Shown one piece after another: positions 1-12,817 of a DNA stretch of 64,000 nt. Under the pieces are notes generated by a model. That model did no database searches. It was not told the origin of the DNA and saw nothing but the letters and a program-made list of their open reading frames with translations. A program made the translations under genes and the position numbers. This DNA is from Eledone cirrhosa (lineage: Eukaryota), in assembly GCA_964016885.1 (NCBI GenBank), contig OZ024758.1:24676001-24740000 (forward strand), given 5' to 3'. Position 1 is the stretch's first letter; every line of letters starts with the position of its first letter.

Positions 1-446
1 GGAAGAACGGACGTAAAACGGTGATGATGATGATGATGATATAACAACAAAGTGGAGGTGTTACATTAAGAAATTTAGTGATCAATCCTGGTTACAATTG
101 TTTCACAAACAGTCGGCTCATGATCCGGGTTGATGCTTCAGACCAGATTCCAAATCCACCTGATCCCAGAAGGGTTAGCCAGGCGAAAAATGTTCAAAAC
201 GGGATATAGACCAATGACACCCTTCGTCATGAGTGTTAAGCTACAATTGCTGATCAGAACAGTGCTGCCACCACCATCAACAGCAGCAACATCTCCCACA
301 CCACCAAATAAATAAAGTGTGGAGATGCCTGGCTGACCCTTCCAGGTCACACACACACTTTGCCTTTCATCCTTACAGGGTTGATAAAATAAAGAACCAG
401 TAATACACTGGTAAATTGCTGGCCTTGTGCCAAAAGTAGAAACAAT

Positions 447-485
<39 letters not shown>

Positions 486-639
486 TTGCAATTAAATACA
501 CAGGGATAAACACAGACATAAATAATAATGAAATTATTGTGTACAGTGCTCAGGTGCACTACAACTCAAAGGTGCATGTATAGTACATAGAATAAAATAC
601 AAATGTAAGGAAAGTGAACAGTGTATGAGTCATGATATA

Positions 640-1100
640 CATGTGAGCGTGTGTATTGAGAAAGGGGGGGGGGATTTCAGGTGTAGTGTTGACGAATTTC
701 AGGAAGCATGGAGGTTTTAAAGGATGCAGTGTCTCGACAGCTAACAACTGATGCAGGTAGTTTGTTCCATGCTTCAGCAATTCTGAGCATGAAAAAAAAT
801 GTTTCCGTAAGTCATGGGAGCTGTGCTGTTTTCTGACTTTGTAGGCATGCCCAGGTGTGTTAGACACATGGAATTCAAAAAGATGCTCAGGGTTGTTGTT
901 AGCAAGATGGTTAATAATTTTGTGGGTGTTTACCAAGTCAGTTTCCAGATGTCGGAGCTTCTATGTATCCATGCCCAGAGAAGGCAAGGTGTTCAGAGTA
1001 TGGTAGATGCCTGATGGAGGCTATTCACTTGGTAGCACGTCTCTGAACAGTTTCTAAGATACGGGTTCCAGACTGGTGATGCAAATTCATACATATATAC
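640..1100 (-). mobile_element. Degenerate 3' fragment of a CR1/L2-like LINE
   Basis: Minus-strand translation (HAYKVRKQHSSHDLRKHFFS...) resembles CR1/L2 ORF2 C-termini. A related fragment lies at about 40290-40475. Confidence 0.5.
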
Positions 1101-1387
1101 AAGTAGGCATACCTATGTATTGAAACACATCCACGCAAAAAAAAAAAAAAAAAAAAATAAATATTTATATATACCCAACAACCACAAACCCTTTATTTGT
1201 TGAGTCACCAGAATCTGATGAACAGATTGATACTGAAGTCGTGTCCATAACTTCCAGAGGTGACATTGAGTAAATCCTCTGGGAAACACACATAACAGTA
1301 AAAAAAAACATGCAAAAACTTCATTTTTCTTATTTTATACACACACTATATATAGATATACATACATACACACACACACCCACATTC

Positions 1388-1430
<43 letters not shown>

Positions 1431-1720
1431 TACATACATATATACACACACACATATATACACATTATATATATAATTATAAATACTGGGTAAATCTTCT
1501 GTGGCTGTGGATCGCGGATAAAATAGCTATCATTTATTTATCTATTGTTTCCTCATAAGTACATTTTAAACTTATAGCCTCGTTTAATTGATTTTTTTTT
1601 GTGTGGTTGATTATGCTGATTGGGAGAACTATTGTATATATTTATCAAATGATTCTATGGACTAACTTTCTTTTTATATATATATATATATATATAGTTA
1701 TGTAATAAACAACATAAGGC

Positions 1721-1790
1721 AATTATTCCATTTACCAGTGGTTTCTTAAAAGCAAAAAATTTTGCTTTCAATCATCAGAATGAAAAAATC
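1721..1790 (-). ncRNA. Type I hammerhead ribozyme (mirror copy)
   Basis: Exact reverse complement of the hammerhead at 1801-1870. Confidence 0.75.
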
Positions 1791-1800
1791 CTGGTCTCAG

Positions 1801-1870
1801 GATTTTTTCATTCTGATGATTGAAAGCAAAATTTTTTGCTTTTAAGAAACCACTGGTAAATGGAATAATT
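1801..1870 (+). ncRNA. Type I hammerhead ribozyme
   Basis: gattttttcatt-CTGATGA-ttgaaagcaaaa/tt/ttttgcttttaa-GAAA-cc/act/gg-TA-aatggaataatt. Stems I, II and III all pair. GUA triplet, with cleavage predicted after 1858. Confidence 0.8.
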
Positions 1871-2189
1871 GCCTTATGTTGTTTATTACATAACTATTAA
1901 GCTCTGTTACCTACATAGAGCACTCTTTTTTCCTGGACTTTTCCAACGGAATTACTTCATTTATATATATATACACACATGTACATAAATATACACACAA
2001 TATAGAGATATATCTACATATTTGTTAAGTTCTTCAAATATTCTAAAACACGGTTAGAATCTTTTAAAGAATAAATCAATACTGACATGGTTGAACAAAT
2101 TTAATATCAAATGAAAAGATGTTTGTATAACCCATGTAAACATGGAGAAATATATATAAAAATGGTGATGGTGGTGATGATACAAATGA

Positions 2190-2998
2190 CATTGATGGCA
2201 CAAGTGTTCCTGTTGATACGATCAACAGAACAGCCTCCTCGTGAAATTAACCTGTAAGTGGCCGAGCATTCCACAAATACACCTACCCAAAGCGTAGTTC
2301 TCAGAGAGATTCGGCTTGACGCAGAATGTGACAAGGCTGGGACCTTTGACTTACAGTTACAACTCATTTGTGAAATTAACATGCAAGTGGCCGAGCATTC
2401 CACAAACATGCGTACCTATATTGTAGTCTCAGGGAAATTCAGCATGACACAGAGTGTGACAAGGCTGGGACTTGAATTACAGGTACAACTCATTTTTGCC
2501 AGCTGAGTGGACTGGAGCAATGTGAAATAAAGTGTCTTGCTCAAGGAAACAACACTCCGCCGGGAATCGAACTCACGACCTTGCGATTGTGAACCAAATA
2601 ACCTAACCACAAAGCCACGTGCCTTCACACAAATGACATTAAACAAGTAAAGACCCCCCCCCCCCCGCCCCTTCAGTCATAAATGACCATGGAACTTGTA
2701 CCTAGAACGTTCCCCTCCAAGGTATAAGTCCGGGCAAGGTCATTTGTGGAAGACCAGCAGTCACCCATGCATTCCAGCCTCCCCTCTCCACGCCACTGAT
2801 GATGTCCAAGGGAAAAGCAATGGCAGATACAGCTTGGCACCAGCGACATCGCAACTCATTTCTACAGCCGAGTAAACCAGAGCAACGTGAAGTAAAGTGT
2901 CTTGCTCAAGAACACAACACAAGGCCCAGTCCGAGAATCGAACTCACAATCTGACAATTGTAAGCCCGATGCTCTAACCACTAAGCCATATACCTTCA
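2190..2998 (-). mobile_element. Two tRNA-derived CORE-like SINEs
   Basis: Minus-strand head (gtggcttagtggttag...gagttcgattc, A and B boxes) followed by tccttgagcaagacactttatttcac. Further copies at about 9005-9262, 10180-10505, 22215-22565, 24745-25035, 39943-40282, 50535-50970, 52270-52512, 58335-58560 and 59760-59925. Confidence 0.75.
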
Positions 2999-3239
2999 CA
3001 CAAATGACATTTGACATTATATAAAGCAACAATTTGAGACAGATTTGAGCCCAAAACTTGATGTGGCAATCAATTTATTTATATTTTATACATTATATAT
3101 ATTTTGTAACTTCAGTGTTTTTCTTTTCTGCCTCACTTAAAAATGTGGCTTTTTGACCAAGACAGAAATAAACTATATTATATACAAAAATGGAAATCCT
3201 TTTATCAAAATATGTGTGGAAAGAGGTTTAGAAAAGAAT

Positions 3240-3636
3240 TTAACCCTTTAGCATTTAAACCAGTCGTATCGAGCCAGAATTCTCTCACCTTTCTGTTCAA
3301 ACCAGCCATAACCGGCAGCTCATACTTATATTAAGGTACTGTTCTCAAAATAATTGGTTTCACCTTTGGCACAAGGCCACCCAAGTGCATTACTGGTACT
3401 TTATTTTATCGACCCCTGTAAGGATGAAAGGCAAAGTTAACCTCGGCGGGATTTGAACTCAGAACATAAAGGGCCATAACTCTATGCTGCAAAGCATGGT
3501 GTCTGACGCTCTACCGATACTGCAAATCCACAATAATTAATATCAATATCTCATAGATTCCATGTTATGTAAGATAAAGTGTTTACTGTGAAAATACAAT
3601 AGTATATATAGTGTAATGTAAATGCTAAAGGGTTAA
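3240..3636 (+). mobile_element. piggyBac-type MITE interrupted by a SINE
   Basis: ttaa-CCCTTTAGCATTTA...TAAATGCTAAAGGG-ttaa termini, with a SINE at about 3360-3530 inside. Confidence 0.75.
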
Positions 3637-3879
3637 GTAACTCTTTGGTTCCAAAAGAAAATTTAGCATTAGAGATTTCCCTTTTTTCTTTCATTTATTT
3701 TTTTGGAATGAAAAGAAGTATTTACTTATGTTTCCTTTAGATCTCTCTGGTCATACAAAATTTGTGTGAAAACTGCCTGAATCCAGACATAGGAGGCACT
3801 TTGGTTTATGTTCTGGGGAGGAGTAAAATTTACTATATTCTGTTTAATAAAATTACAGGTTTTATTGTAAAAAATTCAA

Positions 3880-4200
3880 GTGTCCTTTGTGGTTATAAAA
3901 ATAGAAAAGGAAGGGAAAGGCAAGGGCTCTAGGGTCACAGAAGAATGAGTGGGGGGTGGGGGGGATGGGCTCTAGGCCTAGGGCACGGCGGTATTGGGGC
4001 TGCACTTCGTGGACAAGGCCACAAAAGTATTTCTGCAAACAATAGCCAGCGACATCCGCTGCAACATTGTGGAACTCCTTCCTCAGACGAGCCACTGACG
4101 TTCTGATCTTGCAGAAGAGCTCAGAAGTACAGGGTCCAAGTACAGCTAAGGTCTCAGTGGTGACCAGTGCAAAGAGGAAGCTATCAGTCAACCCCCAGTA
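3880..4200 (-). mobile_element. Degenerate 3' end of a CRE-like (restriction-like endonuclease) non-LTR retrotransposon
   Basis: Minus strand gives FLFALVTTETLAVLGP and, after a frameshift, TMLQRMSLAIVCRN. These resemble the F.P.A.ET.G..G and QR.S.AI.RGN motifs. Confidence 0.55.
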
Positions 4201-4513
4201 TTTGTTTGATAAAATGATTGTTATAAGAGCTGCTTAACAATAAAAACAGTTATGTACTTTACATGTTTGTCCAAACCCACACCAAATACGGCAGCTAGCA
4301 AGATATATCTCTATTAAATTGATTAAAGAATAATATCTCTGGAATTTTCTTCATCACAAAAGTTTAATCAGTTTAAAAGTTATTAATTCCTAAATCAAAA
4401 TAAACAAGATAGTTAGATCAGATAAATTTGATATCCCAACAAATTTTCTTGTGTGATAAATTTAAATTATGGATTAGTGGAATCAATTATTTCTTAAACT
4501 ATCAATTCTGACC

Positions 4514-4725
4514 TTAACCCTTTAACATTTAAACCGGTCGTATCCGGCAAGAATTCTGTCACTTTTTTCTGTTCAAACCGGCTGTAACAGGCTGCTCATA
4601 CTTATGTTAAGGTATTGTTCTCAAAATAAATAATATCAAAATCTCATAGATTCGATATTATGTGAAATAAAGTGATTACAGTAAAACACTGAAGTAGTTA
4701 ATATAGAGTAATGTAAATGCTAAAA
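4514..4725 (+). mobile_element. piggyBac-type MITE, right end truncated
   Basis: Begins ttaa-ccctttaacattta and has the same body as the other copies. Confidence 0.7.
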
Positions 4726-5436
4726 GTAATCAATTCTTAAATCGAAATAAACAAGATAGTTAGATCAGATAAATTTGATATCCCAACAAGTTATCTTCAG
4801 TGTGATAAATTTAAGTTATGGATTACTGGAGTCAATTATTTTTTAAACTATCAATTCTGACCTTAATCCTAATGAACTAGAGCTTTTATTTCAACATATC
4901 AGATCTATCTTATTATACAAATGTTGATATTGATCTGAAATGACTAGAAAAAACTTATGTAAAAATCACCCAATAAAATATATGGCCCTTCCAGCACATC
5001 TCCCTTACCATCCTCCGGGGAAATGCCTTTTCCATTCTCTCCGCTGGGACCGTGGGTAGGGGGTCAGCACGTGGGTCCCTATTTGCTCATAATACAGAGA
5101 GATGGGGAGGGTGAGAGAGATGGAGGTAATGACTGGGAGTTCGGCTCTGCGTTCGGACAGATTTATTTATTCTATGTGGCAGTCCTGCTTTAGCTGGCCA
5201 ATTAGTTTTTAACAAGATAGTAATGCTATAGATACTATTTAATGCACACGGATCAGCTATACAGTATTGCTAGACACCTGTCTACACAATTTCAAAATTC
5301 TGACAAAATCAGACGAATTTCTACAGAATTTACCATATATACTCGAATATAAGCCATTCTGAATATATTATAAGTTGATTCCCCCCCACCTCTATTTTAT
5401 ATCTGAGAAATCCAAACCCCTTTTATAAGTTGATAA

Positions 5437-5851
5437 ACCAACAGATTAAGTCTATTAGTAGAAAATACAGCCCTAAAACTAGATAGTACCAACAGATTAA
5501 GTCTATTAGTAGAAAATTCAGCCCTAAAACTAGATAGTACCAACAGATTAAGTCTATTAGTAGAAAATACAGCCCTAACACTAGATAGTACCAACAGATT
5601 AAGTCTATTAGTAGAAAATACAGCCCTAAAACTAGATAGTACCAACAGATTAAGTCTATTAGTAGAAAATACAGCCCTAAAACTAGATAGTACCAACAGA
5701 TTAAGTCTATTAGAAGAAAATACAGCCCTAAAACTAGATAGTACCAACAGATTAAGTCTATTAGTAGAAAATACAGCCCTAAAACTAGATAGTACCCCAA
5801 CAGATTAAGTCTATTAGAAGAAAATACAGCCCTAAAACTAGATAGTACCAA
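5437..5851. repeat. 51-bp minisatellite, about 8 copies
   Basis: Unit accaacagattaagtctattagtagaaaatacagccctaaaactagatagt. Confidence 0.95.
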
Positions 5852-6035
5852 TCACCAGACTAGGTCTATAGAACAAGCTCAATCAAATGCATGTAGCTTT
5901 TTTTTTATTTTCTATTTGATATTTGGAAATTTGCACATGTAATTCTTTAGTTTAGTGAGTAAAGATATCGATTTTGCTTCTTATGTTGCACTGGCAAAGA
6001 CCTTAACCATTCAGATAGCATGGCTATATCTTTAC

Positions 6036-6041
6036 TTTATT
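6036..6041 (-). terminator. Candidate poly(A) signal of the PPM1H-like gene
   Basis: AATAAA on the minus strand, 1.75 kb past the stop. It is one of several candidates in AT-rich DNA. Confidence 0.25.
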
Positions 6042-6693
6042 GCACCTCTACATACTAACCATTATATACAACATGAGTACAACCATTTAAAAAGTATAAA
6101 TACAACTTATTACAAATAAAATTTACAAATTTAAATACCTAACTGGTTTACAAATACTTGATCATTATACACAGTAGGGATTCTCCATAGTAGAGTGAGG
6201 GCTATAGATCAAACAGAGTCACTTTTGAAGTACAATATTTCTGTAATCACTAAAAACAAACATTGTAAATCTATTATTTGTTTTCATACCAACTATTATT
6301 AAAGTATTTACAGAGTTGGTATACTGTTATTCATTTGGCACATCATTTTTTTTCTTTCTTTTCCCTTTTGGTAACAGGGTAGCATAGTTGATTCCATTTT
6401 GGGAGAGGGGATGAAAGGGGGTCTCTGGGTTTACTTCAGGAGTAAAAGTAATTAATTAGTGCTCAATGTAAAGAAGCATAAGGCAAACATTGAAATCCAG
6501 TTTAAGTTAAGGTTTTGTTTGTAGCCGTGGTTCCCAAAGTGGGTTCCGCAAAGGAGTGTCTGGGGTTCCATAAAAAAGGTAGAGGTGTATATTTATATTA
6601 AGACCATATAACAGTATTAGACTTTAGGGTTCTCCCAAACGTTTTTGAACCAAAAGAGGTTCCGCGTTTGTGAAACACATTATAACGCTATAA

Positions 6694-6912
6694 TAATGGT
6701 TTCTACATTTGTCACAAGGCCAGCAAATTGAAGGGAAGGAAAAAGTCGATTTAATCGACCCTAGTACGTTACCGGTACTTTATTTTATCAACCCCATAAG
6801 AATTAAAAGGCAAACTTAACCTCGGCAGGATTTGAACTCAGAACATAAAGGGCTGTAACTACATGCCACAAAGCATGTGGTCCGATGCTCTACCAATTCT
6901 GCCAATCCACCA
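6694..6912 (-). mobile_element. tRNA-derived SINE of a second family (gcctttcatccttacggggtcgataaa central domain)
   Basis: Head ggtggattggcag...B box gagttcaaatcc, tail gtagaaac(a/c)attatt. Further copies or fragments at about 11510, 12080, 20935, 38040-38458, 39492, 50258, 59950 and 60680. Confidence 0.75.
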
Positions 6913-7790
6913 CCCTTCTACAACAACACTACAATAATTAAAAGGAAAAATATAAAACTCATTCTGAATCAGGAAGTAAATGTATGAAAATGGTGGTCCC
7001 CCATGACTGACTATAAACAGCCTTTCGTTGTTCACAAGAGATGGAACATGGCTACATAGCAGAATAATTCTTCTGCACATAAGATGATATTATTTCATCC
7101 TAACGTTAGCAGTGTAAAATATATCTTTAGTTAAAAAAATAAAAAATAAATACATATTTTAATATTTTTTGGCATTTTTTTGCCGTTTCTTTAACTCAGC
7201 AACAACACATGCTGCTGAATTTCTTTTATGAATTACTTCCCTTGACACTACATTATGTATTAAGGGGAGATTACTCTATTGTTGCCAACAGCGTGCTGAA
7301 GATTAAATTGTGAGTCACGGAGTTATGGTCATACATTCTTGTCCATACAGTCCCAAGTAAAAACAGTATTTCAGCTACTGTGGTGTGGTCCATGTGGTGT
7401 TTTTCAAATGATGTGGTCCATGTGATGTTGTCCATGTAGTGTAGCCCATGAGGTATAGTCCATGTGGTGGTGTTCTTGTGGTATAGCCCATATGGTGTTG
7501 TCCATTTTGCTTACTTCAGTTTGCTTGACAGACACATGTTTCAATACCTACATCACAGTTAAATAGTTAGATAGAGAGAGACAGGCAACCAGTTGTAAAA
7601 AAAAGAAAAAAAAAAAAAAAAAAAAAGTGTTGTTCTAGCAAAACCATCTCATACAAGTTAACATGGAAAAATGAATTCAAAACAACCACAAACAGAAAAT
7701 TACTTTCTACCAATAATTCATTGTTATTCATTGTTATTTGTTGTTAATTCATTCGATGTTTTAAGAGATTTTATAGTGACCAGTTGGTGT

Positions 7791-7983
7791 TCACAAAGGT
7801 TTAACTTCATCTGTCTGTGGTTTTAGGGTGGCATTTTGTTCCTGCATATACTGTCCTAGGGGGATTACAAAGACTGTAATATCATCATAGGAACCTAGTT
7901 GTTTAGAGTTACGTTTCCACGCGTAGTCAGAACTGCTTTCACCTCGAGCTTTCAATACAAGTTCTTTGGAAATTATCACCAAT
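7791..7983 (-). CDS. PPM1H: PPM1H-like phosphatase, exon 11 (last coding exon)
   Basis: AG acceptor at 7984-7985. Encodes LVIISKELVLKARGE...LGSYDDITVFVIPL...KPL*, containing the PP2C DDIT/S motif. Stop TGA at 7791-7793. Confidence 0.93.
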
Positions 7984-8129
7984 CTGTTAAAATAGAAGTA
8001 AAATATACACATATAGTCCAAAATAATTTACAACATTTTATAATTGAGATCAGAATCATGGTAATGAAATGGTTAAGTAAATAATTATTAATCTGATTAA
8101 TAAAGATATCATTTAAACATATTCATTAG

Positions 8130-8735
8130 ATAGAGTGTGAAACTTGGAGATCAGAGAGTCACTCCAGGTAGAGCCACTACTTCTCAGAATTGAGAGACCA
8201 CAGCTCTGATACTATGGGCATGTGGTTAGAATGTCTCAGGAGATCAGAGAGTCACTCCAGGTAGAGCTGCTACTTCTCCGAATTGAGAGATCACAACTCC
8301 GATACTATGGGCATGTGGTTAGAATGTCTCAGGAGATCAGAGAGTCACTCCAGGTAGAGCTGCTACTTCTCCAAATTGAGAGATCACAGCTCCGATACTA
8401 TGGGCATGTGGTTAGAATGTCTCAGGAGATCAGAGAGTCACTCCAGGTAGAGCCACTACTTCTCCAAGTTGAGAGACCACAACTCCGATACTATAGGCAT
8501 GTGGTTAGAATGTCTCAGGAAAGAATCGCTGGACAGATTTTACAGGCAAAACCAACCTGTAGGAGTCCCAGAGAAAGATGGTTGGATAACACCCATGAGG
8601 TTGGCTGGTCACACTTGGGGGATCAATCCAGCCGGATCAGTTGGAGACGGTTGCTTCTGACAGGACCTACTGGAAAGAGTGTTTGAGAACTCTGTCCCCA
8701 CGGCCCTCTCAGGAATAAGTGGGAGAAGAAGATTA
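8130..8735 (+). mobile_element. RTE-like LINE 3' end with an internal 93-bp unit repeated about four times
   Basis: EIRESLQVE.LLLRIERSQLRYYGHVVRMSQ is repeated. The same family occurs at 23815-24270 and 40630-40922. Confidence 0.8.
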
Positions 8736-9364
8736 TAAACCCACAACAAAAAGAAGAGTTTTAAGGCCCTTTTTTTCCTGCTAAAGCAGGGGTTAGCTTT
8801 TTGAGCTCCATAACAAGCTCCTTCATTTTGCCTTATTGCCTGCATCCCCCCTCACCAAGCCTCACTTTTACTTCCATCTCCCTCATCTTTAGCCATGTTT
8901 TTCTTGGTCTTCTTCCACATTTATTTACATCATTCCTCTTACCAAATCACTTTAATCCATCCTCAACACTTTCTCTAAAGTCTGTCTCGAGTTCAGAGCT
9001 TCATTAGGCAGGTGCTTATCCCGGTTTCCGTGGTGTGAAGCGACTGAAAGTACAAAACTTCTCCCTGGACAGGACACCACCAGTCCATCACGGGATTAAC
9101 CCCCCAGCCATTACTGGTACTCATTTTCATTTGAGTATACTGGAGCAACGTGAAATGAAGTGTTTTGCTCAAAAACACATCACACAATCAAGCCCACGAA
9201 TCAAACCCACAACATTATGATCGTAAGTCCAACACCTTTACCACTAGGCCACACACCTCCACCCTCTACCCAGCTACTATAAAGTCACTGAAGAATTAAA
9301 TAATCTCCAAGAGTTATTCTGGTTTTAGTTTTCAAAAAGTTTCAATGAAATTCTGAGCCCTTAC

Positions 9365-9513
9365 TTCTCATCCGACTCGTCAAGCTCCGACATCCTTTTA
9401 CGGACATATTCAGCAGCTTCTTCATTAGAGACAAAATCCCAAAATCCATCCGAGCCCATTAGAAGGATGTCGTTATCAGATATTTCAGAATCATTTAAAT
9501 CGTACACTCGCAC
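9365..9513 (-). CDS. PPM1H: PPM1H-like exon 10
   Basis: AG/GT bounded, 149 nt. Encodes VRVYDLNDSEISDNDILLMGSDGFWDFVSNEEAAEY (DGxWD motif). Confidence 0.95.
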
Positions 9514-10062
9514 CTAAAGGAAATAAAAGAAGAAAGTAAGGTACATAATATAATGTCTTTCATCATCACCATTTTATACTTTCATTTGTTGTGTTTCTTC
9601 TTCACCTCCTTTGTGAGCTTCAGCTATGAGATCAGCTCTCATCACCTCTTACTCAATTATCATCCTCCATATGCACATGTCGATACCAGTGCAGTCTTCT
9701 CTCTTCTACACTACGAGGGTCAGCTGAAAGGTTCATAGGCTGACTATGAAGGAATAATGCTAGAGCTGTGAAATCTTGCATGGATTAATTTCAACTCTTC
9801 TTATTAACAACTTCATTGTTTCTTTCCAGGGACTATGTTGAAAAAATAAACCTCGCTTTGTCAGTTCATGAGAGTATCTTGGTCATAGAAAGCTTGCCAA
9901 ACAAAGGGCTGGGAGGACCCTTCAGTTGTGTCAAAGACATGACAACCATTCCTGTGCACTTGGTAGAACATGAGACCATATGTAAGTGAGATAACAAAGA
10001 CGCCCCTAGCCTGTCTGGGAGGTCAATAGCCTTGTTTAAGAACTGACTTGGTCTATGTAGAC

Positions 10063-10812
10063 CAGGGGCATGCAACAAGCGGCCCGCGGGCCACAATCCA
10101 GTCCACCAGACCAGTCAGAGTGGCCCGCGATGACTGTTTTTAATTTTTACCTTGCAGGCTTATTTTGAAATTTTTTGGAGGCACATGCCCTAGTAGTTAG
10201 AGCATTGGCCTTGCAATTGAAAGGTTGTGATTCAATTCTCAGACCGGGTGATGTGTTGTTTCCTTGAGCAAGACACTTTATTTCACATTGCTCCAGTTTA
10301 CCGAGCTGTAGAAATGGTCCCTATCATTTCACTGCAAAGTGGTCGTGGGGGTGCCACGGCAAAAAAGCACCCAGCACTCACTGTAAATGAGGTTGGTGTT
10401 AGGAAGGGCATCCAGCTGTAGAAATCAAGCCAGAATCAGTTCCCGTCCCACCCTTGCAAGCAGGGAAAAAGCGGACGTAAAATGATGATGATGATGATGA
10501 TGATGTAATACAATTTTCTATTAGTTGACCTATACTAAAAGGCTTCACTGATAGGGTTATGTGTGTTATAATTTCCCAGTTGACCTATACTAAAGGGCTT
10601 CTCTGAGAGGGTTATGTATGTTATAATTTCCCAGTTGACCTATACTTAAGGGCTTCTCTGAAATGGTTATGTGGGTTATAATTTCCCAGTTCCATGTTAT
10701 GGAAAGAAGTTGTGGCGAATCTTTGGAATAATGCTTAATAAATATCAATGGCTCTAATAGTTGTTCCAATGTTCAAAAGTGGCCCGCCTATGGAATATGT
10801 TGCACACCCCTG
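10063..10812. mobile_element. hAT-type non-autonomous element with a nested SINE
   Basis: Termini CAGGGGCATGCAAC...GTTGCACACCCCTG, with an 8-bp TSD atgtagac at 10055-10062 and 10813-10820. Confidence 0.8.
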
Positions 10813-11362
10813 ATGTAGACCCTTTCAACCCTTGCTAGCAGGGAAAGCAGATGATAAAACGATGCCGATGATGCTGTATTGTGTACATGGCCAACACACC
10901 CGACTCAATAGTCCAGTCTACTCACTAGTAATTAAGTACTACAAGATGGAATGGTTCATTTCTATAAGTAAATATAGATATCAGTTCTGTATGAACAAGA
11001 CACGGTCACCTGATCTGACTTGTCTCACAACAGGACAACTTGTCTAGCCCATGCTAGTGTGGAAACATGGACATTAACCCTTTAGCATTTAAACTGGCTA
11101 TATTTAGTCAGAATTCTCTCAATATTTTCTGTTTAAACCGACCATAACCAGCTGCTCATACTTATGTTAAGATATTGTTCTCAAAATATATAACATCAAA
11201 ATCTCATAGATTCAATATTATGTGAGATAAAGTGTTTACCATGAAAATACAATAGTAAATATAGAGTAATGTAAATGATAAAGTGTTAAACGATGATGAT
11301 GATGATAGTGGTGGTGCTGGTGATGATGATAATGCTGAATATGTGAATAAATGTCAACTTAC

Positions 11363-11470
11363 CTCAGGCTCACAAGATAGAAAAGGCTTCAGATGTATAT
11401 TAGAAGACATAACATAAAGATCATGATCTCCAAATCCACGACTCACTCGTATCGTTCCCATTAAACAAGC
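11363..11470 (-). CDS. PPM1H: PPM1H-like exon 9
   Basis: 108 nt, AG/GT. Encodes ACLMGTIRVSRGFGDHDLYVMSSNIHLKPFLSCEPE. Confidence 0.95.
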
Positions 11471-12254
11471 CTGAAAGGAAACATTAATATCAACTTGATG
11501 ATAAAATGATTTCTACTATAGGCACAAGGCCAGCAATTTGGGAAGGGGGGGGGGTGAGAGAAAGTCGATTAAAATCGACCCCAGTGCATTATTGGTACTT
11601 TATTAAATCAACCCTGTAAGGATGAAAGGCAAAGTTAACTTCAGTGGGATTGAACTCAGAAAGCAAATAAGCAGATTTGAAACAGAAAAACCTAAGAAAG
11701 CCACAACCATGACTTGAACCATATACCTCTTGTTTGCCAAGCAACTGCATTACTTATTACACAATAAAACAACTGTTGTTTTATCTCTAAACTATGTACT
11801 AGAATTTTTCTGCCATTTTAACTGTTCTATTTTATCTCTATAAATTAAGGCTGATGAAAACAAACTGATGCTAATTTTCCTGTCGAGATAAAATACTTCT
11901 TTGCCCACTTATCCCTCTCAGGGATAAGTGGGCAAAGGGAGGGGTTGTTCGAGGTGGGAGGGGTGTCAATTGCAAGCATCTGCGAGGTCAGATTAGTTGA
12001 AAGCAGACATACAAAAAAAAAAAAAAAAAGAGGAAAAAGAAAATGTTTTCCCACCGAAATTGAAGCGAGTGTTCTTCTATAATTATTGTTTCTACTTTTG
12101 GCACAAGGCCAGCAATTACCCCAGTGTATTACTGGTACTTTATTTTTATCAACCCCCATAAGGATGAAAGGCAAAGTTAACCTCAGCGGGATTTGTTCTT
12201 CTATAATAATACCTTTTTTACATCAAGAACTGGGAAAGTTTCTTCTCTACCTAC

Positions 12255-12318
12255 CTGTTTTCCATCTCCACATATTAATGGTGGTTTTATATCATCACAT
12301 GTAATGACCTTAGGACTC
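12255..12318 (-). CDS. PPM1H: PPM1H-like exon 8 (flap region)
   Basis: 64 nt, AG/GT. Encodes (W)SPKVITCDDIKPPLICGDGKQ. Confidence 0.9.
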
Positions 12319-12817
12319 CTAGAAAAGAGAAAAAAGAAAAAAGAATGAAAACTTTTTCATTAATTCTTAACACCCTGTAATAATTTAGAAGATAATTATC
12401 TAAAAACGAGTTTGTTAATTCAAATGTTTATAGTATCTTTACTAGTGGACAGATCATTGTCCAGTAAGGTGGTAGAGATGGTACCACAAAATATTCTTCC
12501 AGTACATGTTATAAAGTGGTTGGCATTATGAATGGTATCCAGTTGTAGAAATGAAGCCAAGTATGTGAACAAGATGTAGAGATGTAGTCAACTGACCCAT
12601 CTAACCTCAGAACGTGACAACCTGTCGAACCAATGCAAGCTTTGAAAATAGACATTAAACATTGATGATGTCATGATGTAAGAACTTGTTTGTGAGTAAA
12701 TAATCCTAAAGGAAGCAGGGTTATTTTCTTTGCTTATGAGCACAACACATTAGAACTAACACAAATGTTTGAGCTTACTTATCATTCTGTGGCCTCGTGG
12801 CACCAAAAGAACCGACT

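Larger units (their letters stand above)
1695..1963. mobile_element. Foldback element (99-bp perfect arms, 4-nt loop, plus tail) between (TA)n tracts, with a hammerhead in each arm
   Basis: 1695-1793 is the exact reverse complement of 1798-1896, with loop GTCT. An unpaired tail runs 1897-1963. Confidence 0.8.

Noticed and set aside
1205-1255. CTGATGA followed by a small hairpin
   Set aside because: There is no GAAA and no stem I pairing, so it is not a supportable hammerhead.
5397-5851. Repetitive ORFs of 116 and 142 aa
   Set aside because: They are translations of the 51-bp minisatellite.
11440-11470. A-to-I recoding as an explanation of unusual PPM1H residues
   Set aside because: The codons involved (TGT Cys and CGA Arg here, CAA Gln in exon 5) cannot be edited to the canonical residues.
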